Positions 25,461 through 36,409 of a stretch of 64,000 bases of DNA are shown here, one piece after another. Source of the DNA: Malacoraja senta (taxonomy: Eukaryota); NCBI GenBank assembly GCA_038087875.1, contig CM075988.1:3782001-3846000 (forward strand). Direction: 5' to 3'. The number at the start of each line of letters is the position of its first letter. Within the stretch, counting starts at the first letter, position 1. The notes beneath the pieces were generated by a model. It was given only the letters and a program-made list of their open reading frames with translations. It ran no database searches and was not told where the DNA came from. Position numbers and translations under genes: made by a program.

Positions 25461-26012
25461 GGGGGAGAGGAGGGGGGTAGAGGAGGGGGGAGAGGTGGGG
25501 GAGTAGAGGAGGGGGATAAAGGAGGGGGGAGAGGAGGGGGGAGAGGAGGGGGGGAGAGGATGGGGGGGAGAGGATGGGGGGGAGAGGAGGGGGGAGAGGA
25601 GGGGGGGAGAGGAGGGGGGGTGAGGATGGGGGGAGGAGGGGGCGAAGAGGAGGGGGGGAGAGGAGGGGGGGTAGAGGATGGGGGGAAGAGGAGGGGGAGA
25701 GGAGGGGGGAGAGGAGGTGGGTAGAGGAGGGGGGTAGAGGAGGGAGAGGAGGGGGAGAGAGGAGGGGGGAGGAGGGAGGGGGGAGGAGGGAGGGGAGAGG
25801 AGGGGGGTAGAGGAGGGGGGTAGAGGAGGAGGGGAGAGGATGGGGGAGAGGAGGAGGGGGAGAGGAGGGGGGAGAGGGGGAGGGAGAGGAGGTGAGGGGG
25901 GAGGAGAGGGTGGGGAGAGGGGAGAGGGGAGAGGAGGGGAGAGGAGGGGAGGAGAGAGCTGGCAGCCGGCATCAAACAAAGGAGGAGGGAGGAATGTGGG
26001 GGGGGGGGGGGA
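25460..26012. repeat. G/A-rich low-complexity tract (GGAGAGGAGGGG-like)
   Basis: Read directly; dense G-runs with quadruplex/triplex potential. Confidence 0.95.
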
Positions 26013-26319
26013 GGTTGACGACACTCGCAGCGCGAGCAAGACAGCGCAGTCTTCAAAGTTTGTCAGATTTTTGAAGATTTTCATTAATAACTCGAGAAAT
26101 AAAGCATGAAATTTTCACTGAAGGCGACTTTGGACTCTGGGGAAAATCTCTACCACAATATGTAAACATTTTACCGTTAGCACGTCATTTTTTTGAGAAG
26201 ATGTGATTATACACACACACGAACAAAGACACACACATCCAAGATAGTTATATGAAACATTTATATTTTTGAAAAGTGAATTTATAATTATAAATTCACA
26301 TTTCAAAAATGGTTTCACA

Positions 26320-26518
26320 ATTCAGTAGTACTGATTTTCAGTATTCCATACTGATATTTGAGAATACATGAGGTTGCATGAAAATACTGATTTTCAAAAA
26401 TCCAGTTTCGGTGCAGTACATTCTATTGCATTTATGTGAGAAATACCGATTTCCCCAACAAAATACTGATTTTCAGCCATCAAAATACGGAAATGCTCGG
26501 TGAAACTTGGCAGCTCTG
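26320..26518. mobile_element. Orphan right end of the CAGAGCTGCCAAGT-TIR transposon family
   Basis: AATACTGATTTT subterminal repeats and the terminus AAACTTGGCAGCTCTG, as at 57950-58035. Confidence 0.8.
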
Positions 26519-26659
26519 CAATTATTCACAATCACATTGTGTTTGAAATGTCAAAATGTGATTTGTGATCTTGTTTATGACTCATCATGGAATTAGAATA
26601 TTTAATAGTATGACTAAAATAGGTTAGTTTGAAAGAGATCATAGTAATGTAAATGTTTA

Positions 26660-27310
26660 AAAAGGAACTGCAGATGGTGGAAAATCGAAGGTGGACAAAA
26701 ATGCTGGAGAAACTCAGCGGGTGAGGCGGCATCTATGGAGCGAAGGAAATAGGCAACATTTCTGGTACAGACCCTTCTTCAGACTGATGTTACAGGACTG
26801 ATGTGAGGGTGGGGGGGAGGTGGGTTGGAAGAAGAAAGGAAGAGGCGGAGACAGTGGGAGAGCTGGGAAGGGGAGGGGAAAGAAGGAGAAAGCAGGGACT
26901 ACCTGAAATTGGAGAAGTCAATCTTCATAACGCTGGGGTGTAAACTACCCAAGCGAAATATGAGGTGCTGCTCCTCCAATTTACGGTGGGCCTCACTCTG
27001 GCCATGGAGGAGGCCCAGGACAGAAAGGATGGATTCAGAATGGCAGGGGGGGTTGACGTAGTGAGCCACCGGGAGATCAGTTAGGTTATTGTAAACCGAG
27101 CGGAGGTGTTGGGCGAAGCGATCGCCAAGCCTTCGCTTGGTCTCACCGATGTAGATCAGCTGACACCTAGAGCAGCGGATGCAATAGATGAGGTTGGAGG
27201 AGATGCAGGGTGAACCTCTGCCACACCTGGAAAGACTGCTTGGGTCCTTGAATGGAGTAAAGGGGGGAGGTAAAGCGGCAAGTGTAGCATTTCCTGCGGT
27301 TGCAAGGGAA
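26660..27310 (-). mobile_element. Penelope-like element 3' fragment (GIY-YIG endonuclease + terminal repeat)
   Basis: NLIYCIRCSRCQLIYIGETKRRLGDRFAQHLRSV...VAH...EEQHLIFRLGSLHP..MKIDFSNFR in ORF 26899-27417. Confidence 0.9.
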
Positions 27311-27995
27311 AGTGCCCGGAGAGGGGGTTTCCGCTTAGACCGCTCCCTCCATAACTCCCTGGTCAATTCGACCCTTCCCACCCACACTACCACAGTCGAA
27401 CAGTAACTGGCAATCAAATCAACATACGAAACATTTTCTAAAAAAAGGTTTTCTTTACTGCAAAAATTTACAGTATTATATTTGCAGTTTTTGCATGCTC
27501 CTTTATAACATTTTACAACAGTCCAACTTGATTATTAAAACAAGGACAACTTCAATTCTTGATTTAAAAAAATGGTATACAACAATGACCCCAATCATCC
27601 CATTCCACTCACTCATTACTCTTGACTCAACCATCTAAAACCCCAGAGCTTCCAGGACCCGCTTAAGGATCCCGGTCGCAAGAGACATCGAGCTTCGCGC
27701 TTGTGATGCGCGCTATGCGCACATTATTTCACATAAAATATTTGTAATCCTGTCATGCCACCCCCCTTTTTGAAAAGCTTCTTACGGGCCTGAAGATAGC
27801 ACCCAACCCAGGCGACTACAGCAGCAGATCTACAATCACTCCACACTCTGAAATCTGTATCATGTGCACCGTAAATGGCTCTATTGTAATCATGTATTGT
27901 CTTTCCGCTGACTGGTTAGCATGCAACAAAAGCTGCACACTGTACCTCAGTACACGCGACAATAAACCTAAACGCAACTTAACTCAACTAAACTA

Positions 27996-28195
27996 GTGTA
28001 GGAAGGAACTGCAGATGCTGGTTTAAACCGTAGACACAAAAAGCTGGTATAACTCAGCGGGACAAGCAGCATCTCTGGAGAGAAGGAATGGGTGACGCTT
28101 CGAGTCTAAACCTTTCTTCAGTCTGAAGAAGGGTCTCGACCCGAAACGGCACCCATTCCTTCCGAGTTACTCCAGCTTTTTGTGCCTACCTTCCG
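27996..28195. mobile_element. Penelope-derived terminal repeat, inverted pair
   Basis: Palindromic centre TTCTTCAGTCTGAAGAA at ~28114-28130. Confidence 0.78.
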
Positions 28196-28789
28196 TCTTA
28201 ACTAAACTAGTGCTCAGTGTTCAGAATGTGGTCTCTTCTCCATTGAAGCAAACATGGCCCGGGCGGGTTCTTGCTTTGTGGAGTCGCTGCATTCAGTCTG
28301 CAGAGGTCACCTTACGCTTCCTGGTGATGACACTGTCCCGCTCGCATTCTGACCTATTTGCTGCCTATTTGTGTGAGGTTAATCGCACGGAAGAACATCT
28401 GGGCATGTTGTAGCCTTTTGGAAGTAATATCAAATTCTCCAAATGCTTTTTCTGTGTGTATCAGAACTGTAAGTCATCCATCTGTGATACTGGCTCAGTA
28501 TCACTTTAGAGCGACACAGTGGCACATGGGTAGAGTTGCTGCTTTTGCAGCGCCAGAGACCTGGGTACGATCCTGATTGAGGAACAGCAAACCGGAGGAA
28601 CAACACCTCATATTTCACTTTGCATCTTACACCCGAGTGATATGAATATGGATTTCTCTAATAGCAAGTAGCCCTTGCATTCCCTCTCTGGCCCTCCTCC
28701 ACCATCGTTATCCTGCTACTTCCACTGTTTTATCCTTGTTATCACAGCCAACAATGGACCATTGTGGACTCATAGATACATAACTACAG

Positions 28790-29090
28790 AGACAATAGGT
28801 GCAGGAGTAGGCCATTTGGCCCTTTGAGCCAGCACCGCCATTCAATGTGATCATGGCTGATCATCCCCAATCAGTACCCCATTCCTGCCTTCTCCCCATA
28901 CCCCTTGATTCCTCTAGAGATAAGAGCTCTATCTAACTCTTTTGAATGCATCCAGTGAATCGTCCTCCACTGCCTTCTGAGGCAGAGGATTCCACAAATT
29001 CACAACTCTCTGGGTGAAAAAGCTTTTCCTCATCTCAGTTCTAATGGCCGACCCTTTATTCTTAAACTGTGGCCCCTGGTTCTGGACTCC
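28790..29090 (-). mobile_element. CR1 3' fragment
   Basis: Minus strand QRVVNLWNPLPQKAVE and 3' UTR GGGCCAAATGGCCTACTCCTGCACCTATTGTC. Confidence 0.85.
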
Positions 29091-29840
29091 ATTTTCATTG
29101 AGTCATTGGTGCCTGCTGCGATTTGTTGCATGCCTTTTTATACCTCTAGTTTCCCTCTCCCCTGACTCTCGAAGGGTCGCGACCCGAAACGTCACCTATT
29201 CCTTTTCTCCAGTGATGCTGCCTGTCCTGCTGAGTTAGTCCAGCATCTTGTGACTATGCTAAAATCCATGGTCAAATTAGCTTCTCTGTAGCATTGGGAG
29301 CTTCTGAGAATTAGAGGTTAATCTCATGGCGCCCCCAGCTCAGGTAAACCACGGCCTCTTTTGGTGACTGAAAACTGTTTCTGCAGCTAATTAAATAGTT
29401 CTAGATGTAACATGTTGCAACAAAGGAAAATGGAATGCTCACTTTAACCGGAGACAAGGGAGAGATTGATAGAACCACAAGAATATCTGTGATCAGAAGA
29501 GACAAGTTCCAAACAGCTAAATTACTACAACACTGTTTGTATTGCTTAACTACCACACCACAACTGGGGGGGGTTCTGACCTTCCGCGCCCCCAAAGTAG
29601 GCTGCGAGAGGCACCCCCTCTTCCCCTCTCCCCCCAGGGAATAAGGGCTGTAGAGGGCCGAGCAAGAGGGACGTCGGTTCACGGGATGACCGGAATGGAA
29701 GCGATGGCTGCAACAGGCCCTTGTGGCCAGCTACAGATGCAACTCTACAATGGGGCCAAAAGAAACCATTGAACCATTTTACCCGATGAGGCATGGGAGA
29801 GTTTTTTTTGTTTTTTTTTAATTTTACTATGACCCCTGTG

Positions 29841-30509
29841 AGGGCCTGTCCCACTTTGCGAATTTATGGGCGACGACAACAGTGACTGACGCCCGATGTC
29901 GCCTGAAAACCGTCAAGTAGTATGACAGGATGCGACACGCTGTGTCAAGGTACATCACTCCACGTCACCAATTTCCACACGTCACCATGGGACAGCATGT
30001 GGCAGCATAGGGCAGCATAGGACAGCGCCTGTGACATCACAGCCGTCAAGCAGCGTCAATGTCGTCCACCCGCGACACGATACGGCACGATATGACAGGT
30101 TGTGTCATCTGGGGCGCGTGATGTCATTTGATTAACCAGCTTCCCTATAAAAAGGGAATCGCCGCAACACATCTTGACACATCATGACGCACAACGAAGT
30201 ATGGGCGACGCGTGTTGATGCACGGTGATGCAAAATAAATGAGTGTAGGCAATGACCGTGCGTCACCACGTGGTACCCGTACGTCATCGTGCGAAAGGGC
30301 GCATGACAAGATAAGAAACGCAGATGTCGCACGATGATTTTGAACATTCCAAAATCCTGGGGCAGCACGGAGACACCGCGCGTTACCGCGCGTCACTACA
30401 TGCGTCACCAAGCGTCACGCTGCGTCATGACCGCGTCACAACCCGACCACGATGCGACAACCTCTTTTAAGGCTGTCGCCTAAAATGTCGCCCAAGTGGG
30501 ACAGGCCCT
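29841..30509. mobile_element. PIF/Harbinger-type MITE
   Basis: 16-bp TIR AGGGCCTGTCCCACTT / AAGTGGGACAGGCCCT with a CpG-rich CGTCA/TGACG-repeat interior. Confidence 0.85.
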
Positions 30510-31647
30510 TTAGACGCCATCTCTGTGTGAAGGGTCATAAGGTCATAAGTGATTGGTGCAGAATTAGACCATTCACACACTAGGGACAATTTTTTACATT
30601 TACATCTATACCAAGCCCATTAACTTACAAACTGTACGTCTTTGGAGTGTGGGAGGAAACCGAAGATTTTGGAGAAAACCCACGTCGGTCACGGGGAGAA
30701 TGTACAGCCATGATCGAACGGCGGAGCAGACTGGATCCGGCTGAATGGCCTAATTCTGGTCCTATGTCTCATGGTCTTATGATGGTATGATCTTCCAGTG
30801 TTCATCATGAACGCAGCATGACATTGTTAGGGCATGTTGTTGCCTCATTTTTAGATGCAGGTCTTATTACCGTATATGACATCCTTATTAATCCAGGCTT
30901 TTTATCACTTCCATCAATACTTCCTGCAGCTTTAAGAGGCATCAAGTTTTGTATGAAAATCCTCCAACATTGTATATTGATTGAATGATCTGCACGCTGA
31001 AATTACATTGTGCTGCTTGTCTACATCAGTGTGTGAATAATGGCAGGGGCTGAATCATTCTACTGCTTCTCATCCAATTGAAGTCGGATTGATTCATCTG
31101 CAGTATATCACCGGGATGGGAATGATTGCCTTCCTCAGCATCACCCCGCCTCGTCTTACCTCCTTTATCAGAGGGGAAATCTCCGGCAAAAGCTCTCTGA
31201 TTCCTTCTCATTCTCGCAACCTTTTCTCGTTAATACATCGAGTCATCCTCATTGCTAATTCACCACGCATATTTTTATAAAGTCTGATTATTTACTTGCG
31301 GAGAAGTGTGCTGATTTATTGCAGGGATTTTATTCCAACAAGGTCATGGTTAGTCCCCAGCCTGGTGCAGAAGAAAGGAACCTGCACGTACGACTGGGAC
31401 TTGAAACTGGCGCCAAATCTGGCAACTCGGTACACTGTCCCAGGGTACTACTGCTATACACTTGAACTGTAGCTGAGAAACTTATCTAAGGTGTATCTAC
31501 AGTAAGTGCTTATGTGTGGTGATACTTGTACAGAAACTGTTTACTAAAATGAATTTCACTGTACTTCGGTACATCTGACAGACAAAGTACCATTGAGCCA
31601 TTGAAGCGATGCCAGGCTGTGGCAGAAATACTGGCCAATTTTCTTAG

Positions 31648-32216
31648 AGTCATAGAGTGATACAATGTGGAAACAGGCTCTTTGACCCAACTCGCCCACA
31701 CTGGTCAACAATGTCCCAGCTACCCTTGTCCTACTTGCCTGCGCTTGGTCCATAACCCTCCAAACCCGTCTATCTATGTACCTGTCCACTGTTTCTTAAA
31801 TGACGGGATAGTCCCAGCCACAACTACCACCTCTGACAGCTTGTTCCATACACCCACTGTGTGAAAAAGTTACCCCTCGGATTCCTATTAAATCTTTTCC
31901 CCTTCACCTTGAAGCTATGTCCTCTGGTCCTCGATTCCCCTACAATGGGTAAAAGACTCTGTGCATCTACCCAATCTATTCCTCTCATGATTTTATATAC
32001 CTCTATAAGATCTCCCCTCATCCTCCTGCACTCCATGGAATAGAGACCCTACCTACTCAACCTCTCCTATAGCTCACACACTCTAGTCCTGGCAACATCA
32101 TAGTAAATCTTTTCTGAACCTTTTCAAGCATGACAATATCTTACCTATAACATGGTGCCCAGAACTGAACACAATATTACAAATTACAATATCACCAACG
32201 TCTTATATAACTGCAA
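31648..32216 (-). mobile_element. CR1 3' fragment, same family as 7927-9740
   Basis: MECRRMRGDLIEVYKIMRGID...; closely matches 7927-8490. Confidence 0.9.
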
Positions 32217-32262
32217 CAACTTCTTCACACAAGGGACACGCAAACTGATCACAATAGCTGGC

Positions 32263-32565
32263 GGGCGGCACAGTGACGCAGCGGTAGATTTCCTACCTTA
32301 CAGTGCAGAGACCCAGGTGCCATCCTGACCACGGGTGCTGTCAGCATGGAGTTTGCACGTTCAGCATGTGGGTTTTCACCGGGGGCCTCTGGTTTTCTTC
32401 CACATTCCAATGACATACAGGTTTGTAGGTTAATCAGCTATGTAAATTGTCCCTAGTGTGTAGGATAGAGCTAGTGTATGGGTGATCGCTGATTGGTATG
32501 GACTCAGTGGACCAAAAGGCCGGTTTCACATTGTATCTCTAAACTAACTAAACTAAACTAAACTA
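32263..32565 (+). mobile_element. V-SINE (HE1-like)
   Basis: GGGCGGCACAGTGACGCAGCGGTAGA head, V-domain, (TAAAC)n tail. Confidence 0.86.
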
Positions 32566-32754
32566 TCCTTACTGGCATTGAAATAAAAGATAGGAAATGG
32601 CTGTCCTGATGCGGGGAGTCGACAAGAACAGACAAACTAGCTTTATGTTTTTATTCACAATCACATTGTGTTTGAGAATTCAAAATGTGATTTGTGATCT
32701 TGTTTATGAGTCATCATGGAACTGGAATTTGTTATAATAGTATGAAAGTAAAAT

Positions 32755-33175
32755 GTTTAAAAAGGAATGCTGAAAATTGAAGGTAGACAAAATGCTGGAG
32801 AAACTCAGCGGGTGAGGCGGCATCTATGGAGCGAAGGAAATAGGCAATGTTTCTGGTCAAGACCCTCCCTCAGACTGTGAGGGGTGGGAGGGGGGGGTGG
32901 GCGGGAAGAAGTAAGGAAGAGGCGGAGACAGTGGAGAGCTGGGAAGGAGAGGGGAAAGGAGGAGAAAGCAGGGACTACCTGAAATTGGAGATGTCAATGT
33001 TCATACCGCTGGGGTGTAAACTACCCAAGCGAAATATGAGGGGCTGCTCCTCCGCTTTACGGTGAGCCTCACTCGGGCCATGGAGGAGGCCCAAGACAGA
33101 AAGATCAGATTCGGAATGGGAGGGGGAATTGAAGCGCTGAGCCACCAGGAGATCAGGTTGGTTATTGCGAACTAG
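32755..33175 (-). mobile_element. Penelope-like 3' fragment, paralogous to 26660-27095
   Basis: Minus strand EEQPLIFRLGSLHPSGMNIDISNFR plus the terminal repeat. Confidence 0.85.
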
Positions 33176-33180
33176 CTTTA

Positions 33181-33718
33181 TGTGAGGAAGGGGTTAATAG
33201 GTATAGTTGATTTAAACTAAGAACCCTTTGTATAGTAGAGAGTAGATGCGTTCATCATCATGAACACCCGACAATACACGGATAGATAATAGCCATGAGT
33301 ACAACTGGTGACATTTCAAGGATGAGAAAAAGGAGATAGCGACAGTCCAGCAAAGAACTGGGGTAAAGGGCATGAACAACTCTCTAGGGCGCATGGGCAA
33401 TGAGACAAATGCATATTGCAAACATGCCCATCATGACAAGATGTCTCATTTAAATGCACATGCGATGTATGATGTGGGAGGCACAGGGGCGGGGTACCGG
33501 TAGAGTGTGCACCTCAGTGCTCTGATTTGAAAGGAGCCCGAAGGGGAGGAGTAAATGTAACAAATGTAAAATGATATGAATAAAAGAGAGTGACTTCCCG
33601 ACCTCGGTGTGTCTCAACAGGGGAGGCACCGGACTCTGCCAGACTTGCTAATAAATAAACTTGTGTTTCTAATTTCTCTAGCATCGTGATTGTGAGCACT
33701 CACTTTTTACACCTCACA
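33181..33718 (+). repeat. 5' LTR (538 bp)
   Basis: TGTGAGG...CCTCACA inverted termini; AATAAA near 33650. About 11 substitutions and 3 small indels versus the 3' LTR (hand alignment). Confidence 0.96.
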
Positions 33719-33722
33719 AGCC

Positions 33723-33741
33723 TGGGGGCTCGTCTTGGGAT
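33723..33741 (+). promoter_or_regulatory. Primer-binding site, tRNA-Pro type
   Basis: TGGGGGCTCGTCTTGGGAT versus canonical PBS-Pro TGGGGGCTCGTCCGGGAT, 4 nt after the 5' LTR. Confidence 0.9.
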
Positions 33742-33931
33742 CGCCACTCCGGCCAGCTGGCGACGGTATACGGGAGAAGGGACGGTGCACCCCGCTGATT
33801 CAGCGGCCCTGGACCCCTTGCTTGCCGTCAGCGGTTTGAGCGAGTGATATCCCAGACCAGAGATTAGAGAAACAAGTGGAGTAGTTGGAAATCGCGAGGA
33901 GCAAAATCGAGCAATTCCTGTGCACAGGACC

Positions 33932-33940
33932 CAGGTAAGA
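33932..33940 (+). promoter_or_regulatory. Candidate retroviral splice donor
   Basis: CAG|GTAAGA in the leader, upstream of the gag start. Confidence 0.7.
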
Positions 33941-34014
33941 ACATTGACTATTAAGTATTTCTCAGGCGATTGGGAAAGACCTTGTGGATACCGCCCTGAA
34001 GAATTCAGGGTCTG

Positions 34015-34152
34015 TACGGGCAAGGCAGGAAACACGGTGTTAAGATAAAGGGACTGAGGGATGAGGGTCCTCACATTCTGCCCAATAGTCCGTTGGGGCA
34101 AATGACGCAATTTTGGGAAGAAGGAAGCACCGGGGGTAAAATAAAAAAATAA
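34015..34152 (+). pseudogene. gag: gag matrix N-terminal remnant
   Basis: Reads (x)GQGRKHGVKIKGLRDEGPHILPNSPLGQMTQFWEEGSTGGKIKK*, resembling the class I matrix start P.DSPLG.M...W. The start codon is lost. Confidence 0.5.
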
Positions 34153-34939
34153 ATAAAAAGGGAGGGAGATAAGATTTATATGAATGATAATTTTGAAATC
34201 TTAATACATATAAAATATGTTGTATTTATTTGAAGTAAGAATGGAACGAATGTGATTTGTGTGTAAAAACCAGTTTGGAATGAAAGAGGAAGTTTATATA
34301 TGTGATAACTATTTTGTTTATTGTATTTGTAGACCACATTGTAAGAGTAAGTAAGTAAGTAAGTTTTATTAGAATCAAAAATGTCCACTGTAGGTAGGTG
34401 TATGTTCCTTTAAATAAATTAGGTCATGGTGAAAGGCGACGAACAGCTGTAAGATAACGATTAACTGTTTGTATCCTCGTAACCTAGAAGGGGAAGTTGT
34501 AAAATCAGCTTTTGGTTTTTCTGATGTTCTTTTAGATTTCTAGTCAGTAAAGATAATTTGGAAAATTGTTACTAGTGCTAGGAATTGGACATTTAAAATA
34601 GTCGTGAATATGGATTGAAATAATTGGAAATAAGTTAATTGGTAAACATTCAAGTTTAGAAAGAAAGGAGAGAGAGGCAGTTAGGAGATAACAGAAGTAG
34701 AAAAACGACAGGCGTCAAGTAATAAAGCAGGAGGAGTCAGTGGAAGATTTAAAAAAGAAAGGTGAATGAATTTGCAAGGAGGCTAGAATATTTGAGAAGT
34801 AAGAAATTGAGTTTAGAATAAGAAAGAAGGCATACCAGAAAGGATTAAATTTGGAAGCATTGGGATAAAGTGATGAGACTGCTTTAAAGAGAAAAGAGGA
34901 CAGACACAGATTATCCCTTGGGGGCACCCATAAACTGAG

Positions 34940-35410
34940 AGGCTAAAAAATACCTCACCCTATATCCCTGATGGGGGAGGAAATGGATTAGGGCTTTGGA
35001 GGAGGAGAATGTGGGACGATTATTGACCATGGAAGATTTGAAGGCACTGTTGGTAAAAGTGATAGGAACCACTAAAGTGACAGAACTACTGAAGATGGAT
35101 GGTATAAACTGATGCGAACAATGTAACAAGCAATGGCATACTGTTTGACAGTCAGGCAGAGGGTATGGCAGGCCCTCATGCAATGTAATCCAGCAGCCTA
35201 TCTGGAAAACCAGCTGAAAAGGTGGAGAGTTGATTGATGATTATAGTATGAACTACTGTGGTGGATGTCATTCTTCTTAAAGTCAAGCAGATTGGAGAAG
35301 GTGGTGAGATTGTCATTAATTTCCCACCCCCGATTCAGCGAACAGTTGGTCTCTGCAGTCGAGAAATATCGCAAAGATAGGAAAAAGACTTACAAACCAG
35401 CAGGAGGAGC
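34940..35410 (+). pseudogene. gag: Degenerate gag-like remnant
   Basis: GRKWIRALEEENVGRLLTMEDLKALLVKVIG, NPAAYLENQLKRWR and RLEKVVRL...VSAVEKYRKD; resembles fish ERV gag. Confidence 0.55.
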
Positions 35411-35769
35411 TGTTGTCAATAAACAATGGACCTGGTTGAAATGACAAGTGAGTCCTATGATGGAACCAAGCAGGGCCAGAGAATTACATGCCAATAATGA
35501 ATGTCTTTGGGAAACGTTTCCTCAAAAAGTCGTATCAGGAGTAAAATTAATCTGGATATAAGCCCTAACAGGACTGGGGTCCCCAAGAGAGAAAATGATT
35601 AAAGGAGGACTTGTTGGTATTGTTTCATAAGTGAAAAGCAATGTAAGAGAGAGAGAGAAATAATAATAATAATACAAAATAAATACTTCAGAATGTAGGA
35701 CAGAGGATGATAACCTTGGGAAAAGGCAGGATATAGTTCAGACTAGATTAGGTATAAGCCCTGTAGAGT

Positions 35770-36325
35770 CGTTTATGATGAATAAGGTAATTAAGAGGTT
35801 TGGTAGACCTACAGAAATCAGCTTTGACAACGGATTGTTTTCATTTAGGGAGTAGCCAAGTTGGCGATAGAAACCCTTAGAGTAAAATACACATTTGGGT
35901 ATGTAACACCTGCAGTCACAGGCATGGTGGAAAGAATAAATGGAACATTGAAGGTTAATATAAATAAGATTTGTTTAATTACGAAGTTGAATTGGATCGA
36001 TGCCCTGCCATTGGCACTGAAGAGATGTTGCATTCAAACTAACCGAGCAGGTGGCACAATGGAGAGGTCCCTACAAGAGACCGAGTTTGGAACAGTTAAA
36101 GATAGAATTTAAAAAGTATATGAAACAGTTAATTATGATATACAAGTCTATTTATGAACAGGTAAAGTAAAAGCTGTTAGAGGTGGACCAGGAGGAAGGA
36201 CCCTTTAAACCTGAAGACAAGGTGTATGTATGAGTTTTCTAAACTACCGACCAATGTTCAGGTAGAAGGTTTATATACCTGGTACCATTTCAATAATTAC
36301 ATGAGGGCTGCTGTCCCGCAGGTAT
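35770..36325 (+). pseudogene. pol: Integrase core and C-terminal remnant (first)
   Basis: VIKRFGRPTEISFDNG...QSQ/GMVERINGTLK...NWIDALPLAL...KPEDKVYV*VF...VQVEGLYTWYH. Confidence 0.8.
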
Positions 36326-36409
36326 GAATAGATAATAGCCCTGAGGTAAATGAACAGGAGGACAAAGATGTGAGAAAAGAGTAGAGTTTTAACAAGAACG
36401 TTGTTTGAC

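Larger units (their letters stand above)
25000..27792. mobile_element. Composite DNA-transposon-like mosaic carrying a FAM110 fragment, a GA-rich tract, an orphan TIR end and a Penelope fragment
   Basis: Right end CCCCCCTTTTTGAAAAGCTTCTTACGGGCCTG is hAT-like (CAGGCCCGTA on the reverse strand). Left subterminal GAAGGGGGGGTGCGATGGGTGCGGTCGCAACCCC. The left TIR and TSD are not clean. Confidence 0.45.

Noticed and set aside
25245..26109. Long Pro-rich and Gly/Arg-rich ORFs
   Set aside because: Low-complexity G/A tract; only the part below 25460 has real (FAM110) homology.
31026..31280. Short ORFs on both strands with a minus-strand donor-like site
   Set aside because: No recognisable domain and no convincing acceptor/donor pair.
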